From Christensenellales bacterium (lineage in GTDB: Bacteria; Bacillota; Clostridia; Christensenellales; UMGS416), in NCBI GenBank assembly GCA_050948665.1, contig JBMNEH010000001.1, positions 1,979,813 to 2,043,812 of the forward strand: a stretch of 64,000 nt of DNA, in the 5' to 3' direction. This document shows, piece after piece, positions 42,931 through 52,930 of the stretch. The notes below the pieces were generated by a model, which did no database searches, was not told where the DNA came from, and worked only from the letters and a program-made list of their open reading frames with translations. The position numbers were made by a program, and so were the translations under genes. Within the stretch, counting starts at the first letter, position 1, and each line of letters starts with the position of its first letter.

Positions 42931-44637
42931 ATGAGCAGATACGATAACGAGTTAGTCAAAGGTGTGTTAAAAACCAAAAACGGCCGTTTCATCAATGGTG
43001 AAGGGCAGGAACTGGTGCTTCACGGCCATAGCTGCGCCAATTGGCAGAATGTGGAAGGCTTTATGATCGGCGGGATACCCACACCCGTCGAGGTATTTAA
43101 GTTTTGGCTGTTTCCCGGCCCCGGAAAAGATCATAACCCCGAACGCTGGACCTGCCGCCGTACGGTTTCTCAGGTCATACGCGAGCTTTGCGGTGAAAAG
43201 TACCTGGAAACCTTCTGGGATCGCTGGGAAGAAAACCATCTGCAGGAAGGCGATATCGCGCTCATGGCGAAGCTCGGCTATAACTGCCTGCGCGTGGTGC
43301 TCAACGCCAATGCCCTTCTGTATGAAGAACCCGGTATTCATTTTAACGAGAAAGGCTTCGCTCGGTTGACCAATGTTCTGGATTGGTGCGAGAAGCATCG
43401 CCTCTATGCTATCCTGGATATGCATGGCGTAGTGGGCGGCAACAACGGCGCCACCGGCGACAGCCTGTTCTGCGAGTATCCCAGTCTGTTTCTAGATGCC
43501 GAAAGCAAAGAGCGGCAGATCATCCTGTGGGAGGAGATCGCCCGCCGTTACCATCAACGCTGGAATCTCGCCGGTTACGATCTTGTCAACGAGCCTATTT
43601 CCTCTCCCGTGCAGCACGAGCATATCCCGCTGCTGGCTGACTATTACCATGAGTGCATCGCCCGCCTGCGAAAAATCGACAAAGAGCATATCATGTTCCT
43701 TGAGGGCGCCAAGTACGCACGCGATCTTAGGATATTCGACCAAGACTACGATCCGGTGTACCATAACTGGGCGATCTCCCTCCACCTGTACGGCGCCTCT
43801 CCCGAAATCAAGGATCTATATCCTTGGCTGCTGAAACGGGAAGAGCTGAACGTACCTTTGTGGATCGGCGAATGCGGTTCCCGTCCCGTCCACAACGCGA
43901 TTTTCTTCGATATCTGCGCGCACTACGGGATCGCGTATACGCTCTGGGGCTTTAAGACCGCCATGGGCGGCGAGCGTCCCCCCATGTCCGTAGGTCATCC
44001 GCTGCCCAAGGATTGGGACAAAATACACGCCTATCTCTCCACCGGTCCCCGCCCGTCCTACGTCGAATCCCAGCGAATCATGGATGAGTACATCGAGTTG
44101 ACCAAGCTGGAGTATTGCACCGTGAATTATGACTATCCCCGCATCAGTGCCAAGCATCCCGATATCACCATCGGGGGTGCGGGCTATGATATGTTCCTTG
44201 AGGACGGATCACGGTACTACGGCAAATGGGAGCTGAGTAACTATCTTAATTTTCGCCTGGAGGACCATACTAAGTTGGTGTGGGCAACGGAAAAGAATAA
44301 ACCATACCCCGATTTCCGTTGGTACGACGATCCCAATGTTGAACGATATGACCCCCTGGAGGATCTTGCGTTGGAGCTACGCAGTGGCGAGTTTGCCAAT
44401 TACACCGTCCACGAGGTACGGCGTGACTGTCATATTACTGTGGAGGGTATCGGCGAAGGCGAAGCCGATGTGCTGTGTAACAGCGAGAAGATTGGTCATA
44501 TCCGTCTGGAAAAAGGGAACATCCTGCAGCCTGTCTGTGCGGAGACGCTGACGATTCCGGCAAGCGAGGAGGCCACCGTGAAACTGGTAGTCACCTCTGG
44601 CACAATGACCGTAAAGTCCGTCAAATTCCATTATTAA
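42931..44637 (+). CDS. Glycoside hydrolase family 5
   Basis: GYNCLRVVL..., DMHGVVGGNNG, AGYDLVNEP (acid/base NEP) and WIGECG (nucleophile context). Confidence 0.8.
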   Translation: MSRYDNELVKGVLKTKNGRFINGEGQELVLHGHSCANWQNVEGFMIGGIPTPVEVFKFWLFPGPGKDHNPERWTCRRTVSQVIRELCGEKYLETFWDRWEENHLQEGDIALMAKLGYNCLRVVLNANALLYEEPGIHFNEKGFARLTNVLDWCEKHRLYAILDMHGVVGGNNGATGDSLFCEYPSLFLDAESKERQIILWEEIARRYHQRWNLAGYDLVNEPISSPVQHEHIPLLADYYHECIARLRKIDKEHIMFLEGAKYARDLRIFDQDYDPVYHNWAISLHLYGASPEIKDLYPWLLKREELNVPLWIGECGSRPVHNAIFFDICAHYGIAYTLWGFKTAMGGERPPMSVGHPLPKDWDKIHAYLSTGPRPSYVESQRIMDEYIELTKLEYCTVNYDYPRISAKHPDITIGGAGYDMFLEDGSRYYGKWELSNYLNFRLEDHTKLVWATEKNKPYPDFRWYDDPNVERYDPLEDLALELRSGEFANYTVHEVRRDCHITVEGIGEGEADVLCNSEKIGHIRLEKGNILQPVCAETLTIPASEEATVKLVVTSGTMTVKSVKFHY

Positions 44638-44709
44638 ACTGTTTTCTTTCTCGGCAGTCTCTCTTGAAACAACATGGGAGACCGTACTTTCAGTATCGGG
44701 AGGTTCGTG

Positions 44710-46314
44710 ATGTATCCGAAGAAGCTCACAAGATCCGTTATCTCCAGCCCGGATTTCCCCGTAGTTGAGACCGCGCGAGGTAAGCTCCGCGGTCTTTGGA
44801 AAGAAGGGGTTTTCATTTTTCGCGGCGTCCGCTACGCTGCGGCTGGCCGCTTCCGCCTCCCGGAACCGCCCGCACCGTGGAAGGATACACGGGAAGCCAT
44901 TATTTACGGGCCAGTCTGCCCGGAAGTACATACTGCCATTGCCCATGATCAGTATAGCGTTCCCCATTACCATTATATTCAGGATGAGGATTGCCACTAT
45001 CTGAACATTTGGACGAAGCACATTGAAAAAGGCGCAAAAAGGCCGGTCATGGTTTGGATTCACGGCGGCGGCTTCTCTACCGGTTCATCCATCGAGCTAT
45101 ACGCCTATGACGGACATGAGCTCTGCGACTTCGGAGATGTGGTTGTGGTTTCCGTAAACCACAGGCTCAATTGCATCGGCTATCTGGATCTGTCCGCTTA
45201 CGGTGAGAAATACAAGTATACCGGAAATCTGGGGCAAATCGATCTTTTGGCTGCGTTGGGCTGGATTCGAGAAAATATCGCCACCTTCGGCGGTGATCCC
45301 TGGAACGTGACCATCATGGGTCAGTCCGGTGGAGGAGGAAAGGTCAGCGCGCTGCTGCAAACGCCCGCCGCCGCGGGATTGTTCCACAAAGCCTGTATTC
45401 AAAGCGGTTTATTTGAAGGCTCTGGCGATGTCTCTCCAGAAAAATCTCGGGCAATGGCAAAGGAGGTCATAGACACGCTGCGCCTTTCCGACATCCATGA
45501 GATCGAGACCATCCCCTATTATATCCTCGCAAGGGCCGCCCAAACCGCGCAGGATCGGATGACTCAGGAATTCGGCTTCGGGCTGCATTTCGGCCCTGTG
45601 GCGGACGGTGATTTCTATCTGGGTTCCGGTGAAAGACGTCCCTTTATGGAGGGAACCAAACAAATCCCCCTCCTTGTCGGCTCCGTATTGGGCGAGTTCG
45701 ATCAGAACTACAACCGGGTCTATGCCCCTGGCAGTAAGAACAACTGGCCGAGGGAACTGGTTTGGCAGCTGCTACGCGAAGCCTTCGGCGACAAGGCGGA
45801 AGCCGTGGCGGAAGCGCAGCAGAAAGCTTATCCCGGCTCCAACATCGTCGACAGCCTGTTCATCAACAGGGGTTGCCGCGTTCCCGCAAGGGATTTCTGT
45901 ATCAAGCGCGCGAAAGAGGGGTGCGCACCCGCCTATAACTGGCTGTTCAATCTGGAATGCCCTTTGAACGGCGGAACCGTTGCGTGGCATAACGCGGAAG
46001 AGGCGTATATGTTCCACAACGCCTGTTATCTGGAAGCCTCCTATATCCCCGGTGTTTCCGAGGCTCTGCAGGATGCCATGACCGGCGCGTGGGTCAGCTT
46101 CGCCCGCACGGGTGACCCAAACCATGTCGGAATGCCCCTATGGCATTCCGTGACGGACGGAAACGGTGCCTGTATGATCTTCGACCGCGTGATCCGGGAG
46201 GCGTATCATCACGATAGCGAGCTGATGGAACTGCTGCCGTTAAGATCCATCACGAGCAAGAACTCTCGCCGTCCGACGACAGTTTTCGGCGGAGGCCCCA
46301 GACAAAGCCTGTAA
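44710..46314 (+). CDS. Type-B carboxylesterase (PnbA-like), copy 1
   Basis: The start is set at the ATG at 44710 behind GGGAGG. VMVWIHGGGFSTGSS oxyanion motif and GQSGGGGKVSALL nucleophile elbow. Confidence 0.85.
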   Translation: MYPKKLTRSVISSPDFPVVETARGKLRGLWKEGVFIFRGVRYAAAGRFRLPEPPAPWKDTREAIIYGPVCPEVHTAIAHDQYSVPHYHYIQDEDCHYLNIWTKHIEKGAKRPVMVWIHGGGFSTGSSIELYAYDGHELCDFGDVVVVSVNHRLNCIGYLDLSAYGEKYKYTGNLGQIDLLAALGWIRENIATFGGDPWNVTIMGQSGGGGKVSALLQTPAAAGLFHKACIQSGLFEGSGDVSPEKSRAMAKEVIDTLRLSDIHEIETIPYYILARAAQTAQDRMTQEFGFGLHFGPVADGDFYLGSGERRPFMEGTKQIPLLVGSVLGEFDQNYNRVYAPGSKNNWPRELVWQLLREAFGDKAEAVAEAQQKAYPGSNIVDSLFINRGCRVPARDFCIKRAKEGCAPAYNWLFNLECPLNGGTVAWHNAEEAYMFHNACYLEASYIPGVSEALQDAMTGAWVSFARTGDPNHVGMPLWHSVTDGNGACMIFDRVIREAYHHDSELMELLPLRSITSKNSRRPTTVFGGGPRQSL

Positions 46315-46329
46315 AGGAGGAAAACGGCC

Positions 46330-47943
46330 ATGTATATGCGTAAGCTCTCAGATCAGGTGATCTGCACCTACGATGACCCGGTTGTTTCTACCAAATACGG
46401 TAAGCTCCGCGGTTTAAAGCGTGATGGCGTCTATATATTCCGTGGTATTCGGTATGCCGACGCCAAAAGGTTTCACTTTCCCACGGAGGTCGCGCCATGG
46501 TCGGGGGTAAGGGAGGCTTATCAGTTCGGCCATGTATGCTGCGAGCTCAACACGCCTGTGCCCCACGACCAGTTTCCTGTCCCCCATTTCTTCTATCCCC
46601 AGAACGAAAACTGCCATTATCTTAACATCTGGACGAAGCATCCGGATGTAAAAGCAAAGCGCCCCGTGATGGTATGGCTCCACGGAGGCGGTTGGTTTTC
46701 CGGTTCCTCGGTGGAATTGCTGGCCTACGACGGTGAGAATTTGGCGCAAACCGACGATGTGGTGGTCGTTTCCCTCAATCACAGGCTGAATGTGCTGGGC
46801 TATCTGGACTTATCCGCCTACGGCGAAGCGTATCGGGATTCCGGCAATGCTGGTCTTGCGGATCTGGTAATTGCGTTGAAATGGGTCCACGAAAACATAG
46901 CATCGTTCGGCGGCGATCCCGACAATGTAACTATATTCGGTCAATCCGGCGGAGGAGGAAAGGTGGTCGCTTTGATGCAGACGCCGGCTGCCGACGACTA
47001 TTTCAATAAAGCGATCATCGAGTCCGGCGGATTCTCCGGTCAGGGCAGGAAGAGGGTTTCCGAGGCGCGGCGGCTTTCACAGCGCTGCGCCGCGCTGATG
47101 CTGCAATATCTGCGTATTGCCCCCGCGGATATAAAAAAAATCGAGACCGTTAACTGGTACGATCTGGCCCATGCCACCATGAACGCTATATGGACGATAC
47201 AAAACAAAGAGGGCGGGCGCGTGAATTGGGCGCCCCATCCTGACGGATCCTACTATCTCGGGCATCCGCTGGATTTTGGCTGGCGGCCGGGGTCCCTGCG
47301 CAAACCCATGCTAGTCGGCTCTGTCATGGGCGAATTTTCGGGCAACTTTAACCGGAAGATCGGCGATGGCATCAAAAACAAATGGGATGCGGCCACCACC
47401 GCCAATCATGTGGCGGAGCGCTTCGGCGGGAAAGCCTCCGAAATGACGGCGTTATTTGCCGGTGCTTACCCCGACCGCAATCCGGCGGATGTGCTATTTC
47501 TGGACACCCGGCTGCGGAGAGGCTGCCTGCAATTCTGCCTTGCGCGGGCAAAGGCGGGCGGCGATACCTGGAACTGGCTGTTCAATCTGGAATCCCCCTT
47601 TAACTATGGTACTGTAGCGTGGCATAACGCGGAAGAAGCCTATGTGTTCCGCAATGCTTCCTACATGGAAGCCCAGTACATCCCGGGCATATCCGAGCGA
47701 CTCGAGGATCAGATGGCAGGCGCGTGGGTGCAGTTTGCTAAAACCGGTGATCCCAATTTTGAGAAGATCCCCTCATGGCCAAAGGTCACGGCGGACAGTG
47801 TCCCCACCATGTGCTTTGACGCGGTGACCGATCTGCGTACAGATCACGACCGCGAGCTGATGGAGCGATATCTCGACGAGCCCTTGCAAGGTTTCCCCGG
47901 AAGCGGTAAAATGTATGCCATGTTCGGCGTAGAGCCTGTATAG
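46330..47943 (+). CDS. Type-B carboxylesterase (PnbA-like), copy 2
   Basis: VMVWLHGGGWFSGSS and GQSGGGGKVVALM. Collinear paralog of the upstream gene. RBS AAAGGAGGA. Confidence 0.85.
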   Translation: MYMRKLSDQVICTYDDPVVSTKYGKLRGLKRDGVYIFRGIRYADAKRFHFPTEVAPWSGVREAYQFGHVCCELNTPVPHDQFPVPHFFYPQNENCHYLNIWTKHPDVKAKRPVMVWLHGGGWFSGSSVELLAYDGENLAQTDDVVVVSLNHRLNVLGYLDLSAYGEAYRDSGNAGLADLVIALKWVHENIASFGGDPDNVTIFGQSGGGGKVVALMQTPAADDYFNKAIIESGGFSGQGRKRVSEARRLSQRCAALMLQYLRIAPADIKKIETVNWYDLAHATMNAIWTIQNKEGGRVNWAPHPDGSYYLGHPLDFGWRPGSLRKPMLVGSVMGEFSGNFNRKIGDGIKNKWDAATTANHVAERFGGKASEMTALFAGAYPDRNPADVLFLDTRLRRGCLQFCLARAKAGGDTWNWLFNLESPFNYGTVAWHNAEEAYVFRNASYMEAQYIPGISERLEDQMAGAWVQFAKTGDPNFEKIPSWPKVTADSVPTMCFDAVTDLRTDHDRELMERYLDEPLQGFPGSGKMYAMFGVEPV

Positions 47944-47962
47944 AGCCTAAGGAGGAAGGTAA

Positions 47963-48580
47963 ATGCTGCGCCTTGACCCGGAAAGCAAAGGAGTGCAGAT
48001 ACTGGAAAGGCTTGTGGATCTGATGATTGCACAAGTGCTGTTCATCGTGGCCTGTATTCCCGTTATTACGGCGGGCGCAGCCCTGACTGCCCTATTCTCT
48101 CTTTGCCGCAAGCTGCAGCAGGAAACGGTTACCTCTGTGGTCAAGACCTACTTCCGGGATTTCAAGGGAACCTTCCGTCAAAGTACGGCCGCTTGGCTCC
48201 TTCTTCTCCTTGCGGCTGGTTTGTTGTATCTGGACATCCGCTATTACGCGGAACAGACGGTGCCGCGGAGCATTGCCTACACACTGAGCGTTGCGGTGTA
48301 TATGGAGGCGTTGTATCTGTTTCCCCTGATGGCGTGGTTTGACAACAAACTCCTCATCCACCTTCGCAATGCTCCTTTACTGGCGGTCAGGCATATCCTG
48401 ACCACGATCTTGGTAACGGTGTTATACGGCTGCGTTTTTCTTTTAAGCCGCCTTCTTTTTCCTTTGTTTATTTTTTTCGGTTTCAGCGGAAGCATTTATC
48501 TTGCTACTTTTCTCTTCGCCAAAGTATTCCGCAAGCACGGCGCTCCTCCTGCGAACAAAGCAAACGCTGGTGACGCATAG
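47963..48580 (+). CDS. YesL/DUF624 family membrane protein
   Basis: About 200 aa with multiple TM segments. The N-terminal pattern LVDLMIAQVLFIVACIPVITAGAALTALF is typical of DUF624 proteins found in sugar loci. Confidence 0.6.
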   Translation: MLRLDPESKGVQILERLVDLMIAQVLFIVACIPVITAGAALTALFSLCRKLQQETVTSVVKTYFRDFKGTFRQSTAAWLLLLLAAGLLYLDIRYYAEQTVPRSIAYTLSVAVYMEALYLFPLMAWFDNKLLIHLRNAPLLAVRHILTTILVTVLYGCVFLLSRLLFPLFIFFGFSGSIYLATFLFAKVFRKHGAPPANKANAGDA

Positions 48581-48777
48581 TGTTACGTAATGGAACCGAC
48601 AAACGCGAATCATAAAAACACCCGGAGCTTTCCATAGCCGCCGGGCGTTCGCATTTTTCTCCTTCCGAACTGCCGCCCACAGCTGGAATGTCATAAGCTC
48701 TCAGCAAGGCAGAGACCGCGGGACCATTTTCCCCGTTCGTTCCGCGTTCGTTGCCGCAATACCGGCTATCCGCAAAG

Positions 48778-50016
48778 TCAGGGCTTCCAGTAAGCGTCAA
48801 GGCATTCTTTGGCGATCTGCACATAGCGTTTCCCGCGCGCATAGTCCCCGTAAATCGTGCCGACCTCCCGCTGGGCAACCTCCAGCAGACAGCCGCTTGC
48901 TGCTTCGTAGACGCCCCGGAAGTATGTGCGCAGCGCTTCCTCATCCAAGGGGCCGGGGTTGGTCACATATTCCGCCCGCGGCTTGGAATAGCACACCACC
49001 TTCGTGCCGCGCAGGTATTCACCCACCCTCTTCTCGTTGTTGAAGGGCGATACCGACAGCTTGCGCAGGTTCTTCCACTTTGAGAGATAGTCGGGCCAGA
49101 TCGCGTCCACCCGTTCGCAGCAACCGTAGGACAGCAGCCCGTAACGCCGGGCCAATCTGTCCTGATAAGGAAACACGAATTCTCCGAAGGCGGAGGGAGA
49201 CACCGCCGTGGTCTCCTGTGATTCCAGAAAGCCCCATATATCCCGTGTGCTTACAGCCTTGTCCCGCGGCAGCTCGTGATTGAAGGCAAAACTCTCCTGC
49301 GCCACCGGGCTGATATCGCAGGCGGGCAAAAGAAGACCCTGCCGTTCCAAATGATCATAGTATCGCTCATAGACGCCGGTCGCCATATCCATGACCTCAT
49401 GGAGCGCGTCAGGGCAGTCGTACATGGAGATGTAATAGTTTTCCATGCCCATCAGGTGTACCAGAGGATTGGTAATCGCGCCGGTCAGGCTGGGCTGAAC
49501 AAAACGCGCGGGCAATATATCGCCGAACAGGTCGGACACAAGTTCGTATTTTTTGCGTGTGCCTTCCTCGTCCACCTTAAACGTGCCGCCGCGAAGCCGG
49601 TCCATCTCCGCCTCCAGGTTCTCGATCACCGGATCGATATGAAAACCCTTGCCCCTGTCGGTGCGGGTGATCTTGGGCGCTGTTCCTAAGGGAGACACAG
49701 AGGCCGAAAGCTGAATATCAAAAGTGGGGGATATCGGCGTGTCATCGTCAAACAGCTCCCGCCCCGCCATCGTGGAAAGCAGCGCTTCCTCAATGCCGCG
49801 GGCATCTTCGCCCTCGCATTCGAGACGGGTGTATATCACCTCGTCCGTAAAGTTGCTGAACAGCAGCCGCACGGTGGGCGTTTCGCGTTTTCCTTCGCCC
49901 AGCGCCCGCCACTTTTTGAGGATTTCTTCGTTTGCTCCGGACGCGGCGAACTCTGCCTGCCTACAGGCCAGCGCACGCAAACGATTCCGGTCCTTATCGG
50001 TTATGATATCGGACAT
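48778..50016 (-). CDS. Conserved hypothetical, URO-D-like TIM-barrel family (paralog A)
   Basis: The start is set at the ATG at 50016 (MSDIITDK) behind AAAGGAGAAGG. It shares WGF-ESQET-VSP, VFPY and YGCCE motifs with 52927..54141. Confidence 0.5.
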   Translation of the reverse strand: MSDIITDKDRNRLRALACRQAEFAASGANEEILKKWRALGEGKRETPTVRLLFSNFTDEVIYTRLECEGEDARGIEEALLSTMAGRELFDDDTPISPTFDIQLSASVSPLGTAPKITRTDRGKGFHIDPVIENLEAEMDRLRGGTFKVDEEGTRKKYELVSDLFGDILPARFVQPSLTGAITNPLVHLMGMENYYISMYDCPDALHEVMDMATGVYERYYDHLERQGLLLPACDISPVAQESFAFNHELPRDKAVSTRDIWGFLESQETTAVSPSAFGEFVFPYQDRLARRYGLLSYGCCERVDAIWPDYLSKWKNLRKLSVSPFNNEKRVGEYLRGTKVVCYSKPRAEYVTNPGPLDEEALRTYFRGVYEAASGCLLEVAQREVGTIYGDYARGKRYVQIAKECLDAYWKP

Positions 50017-50114
50017 CGTGTTCCTTCTCCTTTCTGTAAACCGCATACGGCGGAAAATCGTAGGGCAGTCCATATTTCTGGCGTATATACAGCGCTCCGT
50101 CGGAAAGCAGTATG

Positions 50115-52388
50115 CTATACCTCCCACGCAAAGGGTTGGGGCAGCGCCGCGATTTTGTCCACCCAGGCCAGCATGCGCGCCGCCTCATAGGCGGGGTAGC
50201 CCGAGATATAATGGTTGCCAAAGGTTTGACCGTCGGTTTGCCAGGTTATCAGATACAGCTTTTGCCGCCCGGCCAGTTCGCGGATATGGCCCAGCACGAT
50301 GTTCTCATTGGCGGGGGAGAGCGCTGTTCCCTCTATATACGTTTGGCCGGTGTCACCGTCCCACACGCGGTAGGTAACTTCTTTGGTTTCGCGGCTGTCG
50401 TTGCCCAACACCACGGCGTGCGACCAATCCGTCAGCTCGTCCATCATCACGGCGATGGGCTGCTGCACGCGGCGGATATAATAATAGGCCAGTTTTTTGG
50501 CGTAATAATAGTCCACCACGGCGTCGGATATTTGCGGCCATCCGTCCAGCAGGTTCCACCATATAATCCCGGTGCGCCGCCATTTTTTAATGCGCGTACG
50601 CTCGATAAAAAACTTTTTGGCTTCCGCCTGGGAGATTTGCGACAGCCGCGCAAATTCGGCCAGATCCGCCGGCACCCGGCCAAACAGCAGGTCTACCTGG
50701 TCGTGCATCAGTCGGATACGGTTGTACCCACGCGCGCCGAAGGGCAGGTAATCGGTGTTGTGCGCGTCCCAAACAGGGTCGTTCAGCCACTGCCCCAAAT
50801 GCTCCGGCGGGATATATTGTTTGAGCGAAGTCACCGCCGGGCAGCCGTGGTAGCCGCATTCACTGACAAAATGCGCCGCGGTGTGCTTGTAAAAATCGTC
50901 TTTAAAATAGGCCCGCGCGCCCCAGTTGTGCTGTTCCGGCACCTGATAACGGGCAATGCCATCCGGGATGTAGGGACTGGAGGGCAAAAACACCCGATAC
51001 GGGTCGTGCATGCGCACCACGCGGGGCAGCACCTCCCGCGTCAGCGCGTTGTAACGGCTGTTGTCGCAGGGCAAATGCAGAGCGCTCAGTCCCTCATCCA
51101 CCTCATTGTCGCCCGCCCACAGCAGGATGGAGGGATGGTTGCGCAGCTTGCGCACCACATGGGCGGCTTCCTCCTCAATCTGCGCGGCAAAGGCCGCGTC
51201 GGGGGAGTACACCGCGCAGGCCATCGCAAAATCCTGCCAGACCAATATTCCCCGTTCATCGCATAGGTCAAAAAAAGCATGGTCCTCGTATACATTGCCG
51301 CCCCAGCAGCGGACGATGTTGCAACCGATATCATGTAATAAATCATGCCCGGCCCGCAGGCGCTGGGCATCGCGGCTGTGTAGTGCGTCCAGCGGCACCC
51401 AGTTGCTGCCCTTGCACATTATGGGCACATTGTTGACAAAAATCCTGAACGCGCCGTCATCACCAGGCTTCATCACATGCTCCAGCCCGATGACCCGCAG
51501 GCCGATACGCTCCTGCTTTCGCGCCAGCACCTGCCCGTTACGTTCCAGCGTCATGGTGATATCGTACAGGCAAGCCCTGCCATACCCCCGCGGCCACCAC
51601 AGGCGGGCGTCCGGGACCCGGATGTTCAGGCTGCCGCTGACAAAGGGCGCGGGCACGGCCTTCTCAAATATATGATCGCCGCAAACTCCCCTGACCCGGA
51701 TGGTAAACCCGTCCAGGGTGGGCGCGTCGGTATGGTAGCGGTATTTGACCAGCAGCTCGGCGCCGTCTCCGGTCAGGTGTGTGGTGGCATAATAGGTGTC
51801 GTCCAAGCGTGTGGCGGGCTGGCTGTCAAGGTGTACGCCCCGCCACATACCGGCAGACAGAAAGCGCCCCATGATGTCCCATCCAAAGGAGGAGGGCGGC
51901 ATGCGCAGCACGGCATATTCGTCTTGGCGCAGCATAGCCGGGAATTCCATGCCGCGCGCTTCGTTGATGGCGGAGCGGATACGCACCGCGATGTGATTAT
52001 CCTGTCCGTAGCGCAGCGCGTCGGTCACATCCATCGTGTGCGCGATCAAAGCGTTGCGCGTTTCACCCACCGGAATGCCGTTTACGTATATGCGGGCAAA
52101 GGTATTCAGTCCCTCAAACGTCAGCGTCCAGCGCGTTCCGCCGCGCTGCGGCATAGCGAAGGTGCGCTCGAACTGCCAGCTGTAAAACTCATATTTGCGG
52201 AATTTGTACAGGTGATCGGCGTAAAAGGGATCGAGCTCCGCGCCCGCGCGGACCAAATCAAGCTCCACATTGCCGGGTACCCGTGCCGGGATACGCTGCG
52301 CCCCCCGGCGGAAGTCCGACAGGTCTTCCGGCAGTGGCCCCTCCTCCGGGCGATAGTACAACTCCCATTCACCGTCAAGCGATATCAT
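50115..52388 (-). CDS. beta-mannosidase (GH2)
   Basis: The start is set at the ATG at 52388 (MISLDGEWELYY) behind GGGAGG. RCWGGNVYEDHAFFDLCDERGILVWQDFAMACAVY and WAGDNE are beta-mannosidase-type GH2 motifs. Confidence 0.8.
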   Translation of the reverse strand: MISLDGEWELYYRPEEGPLPEDLSDFRRGAQRIPARVPGNVELDLVRAGAELDPFYADHLYKFRKYEFYSWQFERTFAMPQRGGTRWTLTFEGLNTFARIYVNGIPVGETRNALIAHTMDVTDALRYGQDNHIAVRIRSAINEARGMEFPAMLRQDEYAVLRMPPSSFGWDIMGRFLSAGMWRGVHLDSQPATRLDDTYYATTHLTGDGAELLVKYRYHTDAPTLDGFTIRVRGVCGDHIFEKAVPAPFVSGSLNIRVPDARLWWPRGYGRACLYDITMTLERNGQVLARKQERIGLRVIGLEHVMKPGDDGAFRIFVNNVPIMCKGSNWVPLDALHSRDAQRLRAGHDLLHDIGCNIVRCWGGNVYEDHAFFDLCDERGILVWQDFAMACAVYSPDAAFAAQIEEEAAHVVRKLRNHPSILLWAGDNEVDEGLSALHLPCDNSRYNALTREVLPRVVRMHDPYRVFLPSSPYIPDGIARYQVPEQHNWGARAYFKDDFYKHTAAHFVSECGYHGCPAVTSLKQYIPPEHLGQWLNDPVWDAHNTDYLPFGARGYNRIRLMHDQVDLLFGRVPADLAEFARLSQISQAEAKKFFIERTRIKKWRRTGIIWWNLLDGWPQISDAVVDYYYAKKLAYYYIRRVQQPIAVMMDELTDWSHAVVLGNDSRETKEVTYRVWDGDTGQTYIEGTALSPANENIVLGHIRELAGRQKLYLITWQTDGQTFGNHYISGYPAYEAARMLAWVDKIAALPQPFAWEV

Positions 52389-52429
52389 GACACAGCCTCC
52401 CAAAATTGATATGCTTCGTCCTCCCCCGG

Positions 52430-52930
52430 CTAATTCTCCCGGAGGTCCGGTCTCAGGCGGCGGCAAATCTTCAGCAGCGGCACGCCCAGCAAGTAACAGA
52501 CCGCAGCCTCCCCCGCGGCCACCGTCAATATAGTGATCCACAGCGAATAGTTCGTCCAGCCCAGCGCGGTCAGCATGCTCCCCACCACAAGGCCGTTCAC
52601 CGCCACGGGAGGCAGCGCCGCGAGCCAGTCGTTCTTGCGTAGCTTCCAGGTCAGCCAGGCCGCCAGCAGCGTGGCAAGGGAGCCGAAGATCACATCCCAT
52701 ATCCCGGCGCCCGATACGATATTGGCCAGCAGGCATCCCACAAAAAGCCCCGGGATCGCGGCAGGCGTCAGCGCCGCCAGCAAAGTCAGCGCTTCCGACA
52801 CCCGGAACTGTATCGGGCCGTATTGAAACACCCCCAGTGGCGTTAAATTGAGAAGCAGTGTCACGCCGGCATACAGAGCGGCGATGATTCCCGCCCTGGC
52901 GATATAGAGAGCCGCTCTCTTCCCCTTCAA
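52430..52930 (-). CDS. queT: QueT family transporter (ECF-type S component for a queuosine precursor)
   Basis: AALYIARAGIIAALYAGVTLLL...YGPIQFRVSEALTLL... A TTG start at 52930 overlaps the upstream TGA (TTGA), with GGAGG 10 nt upstream. Confidence 0.65.
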   Translation of the reverse strand: MKGKRAALYIARAGIIAALYAGVTLLLNLTPLGVFQYGPIQFRVSEALTLLAALTPAAIPGLFVGCLLANIVSGAGIWDVIFGSLATLLAAWLTWKLRKNDWLAALPPVAVNGLVVGSMLTALGWTNYSLWITILTVAAGEAAVCYLLGVPLLKICRRLRPDLREN

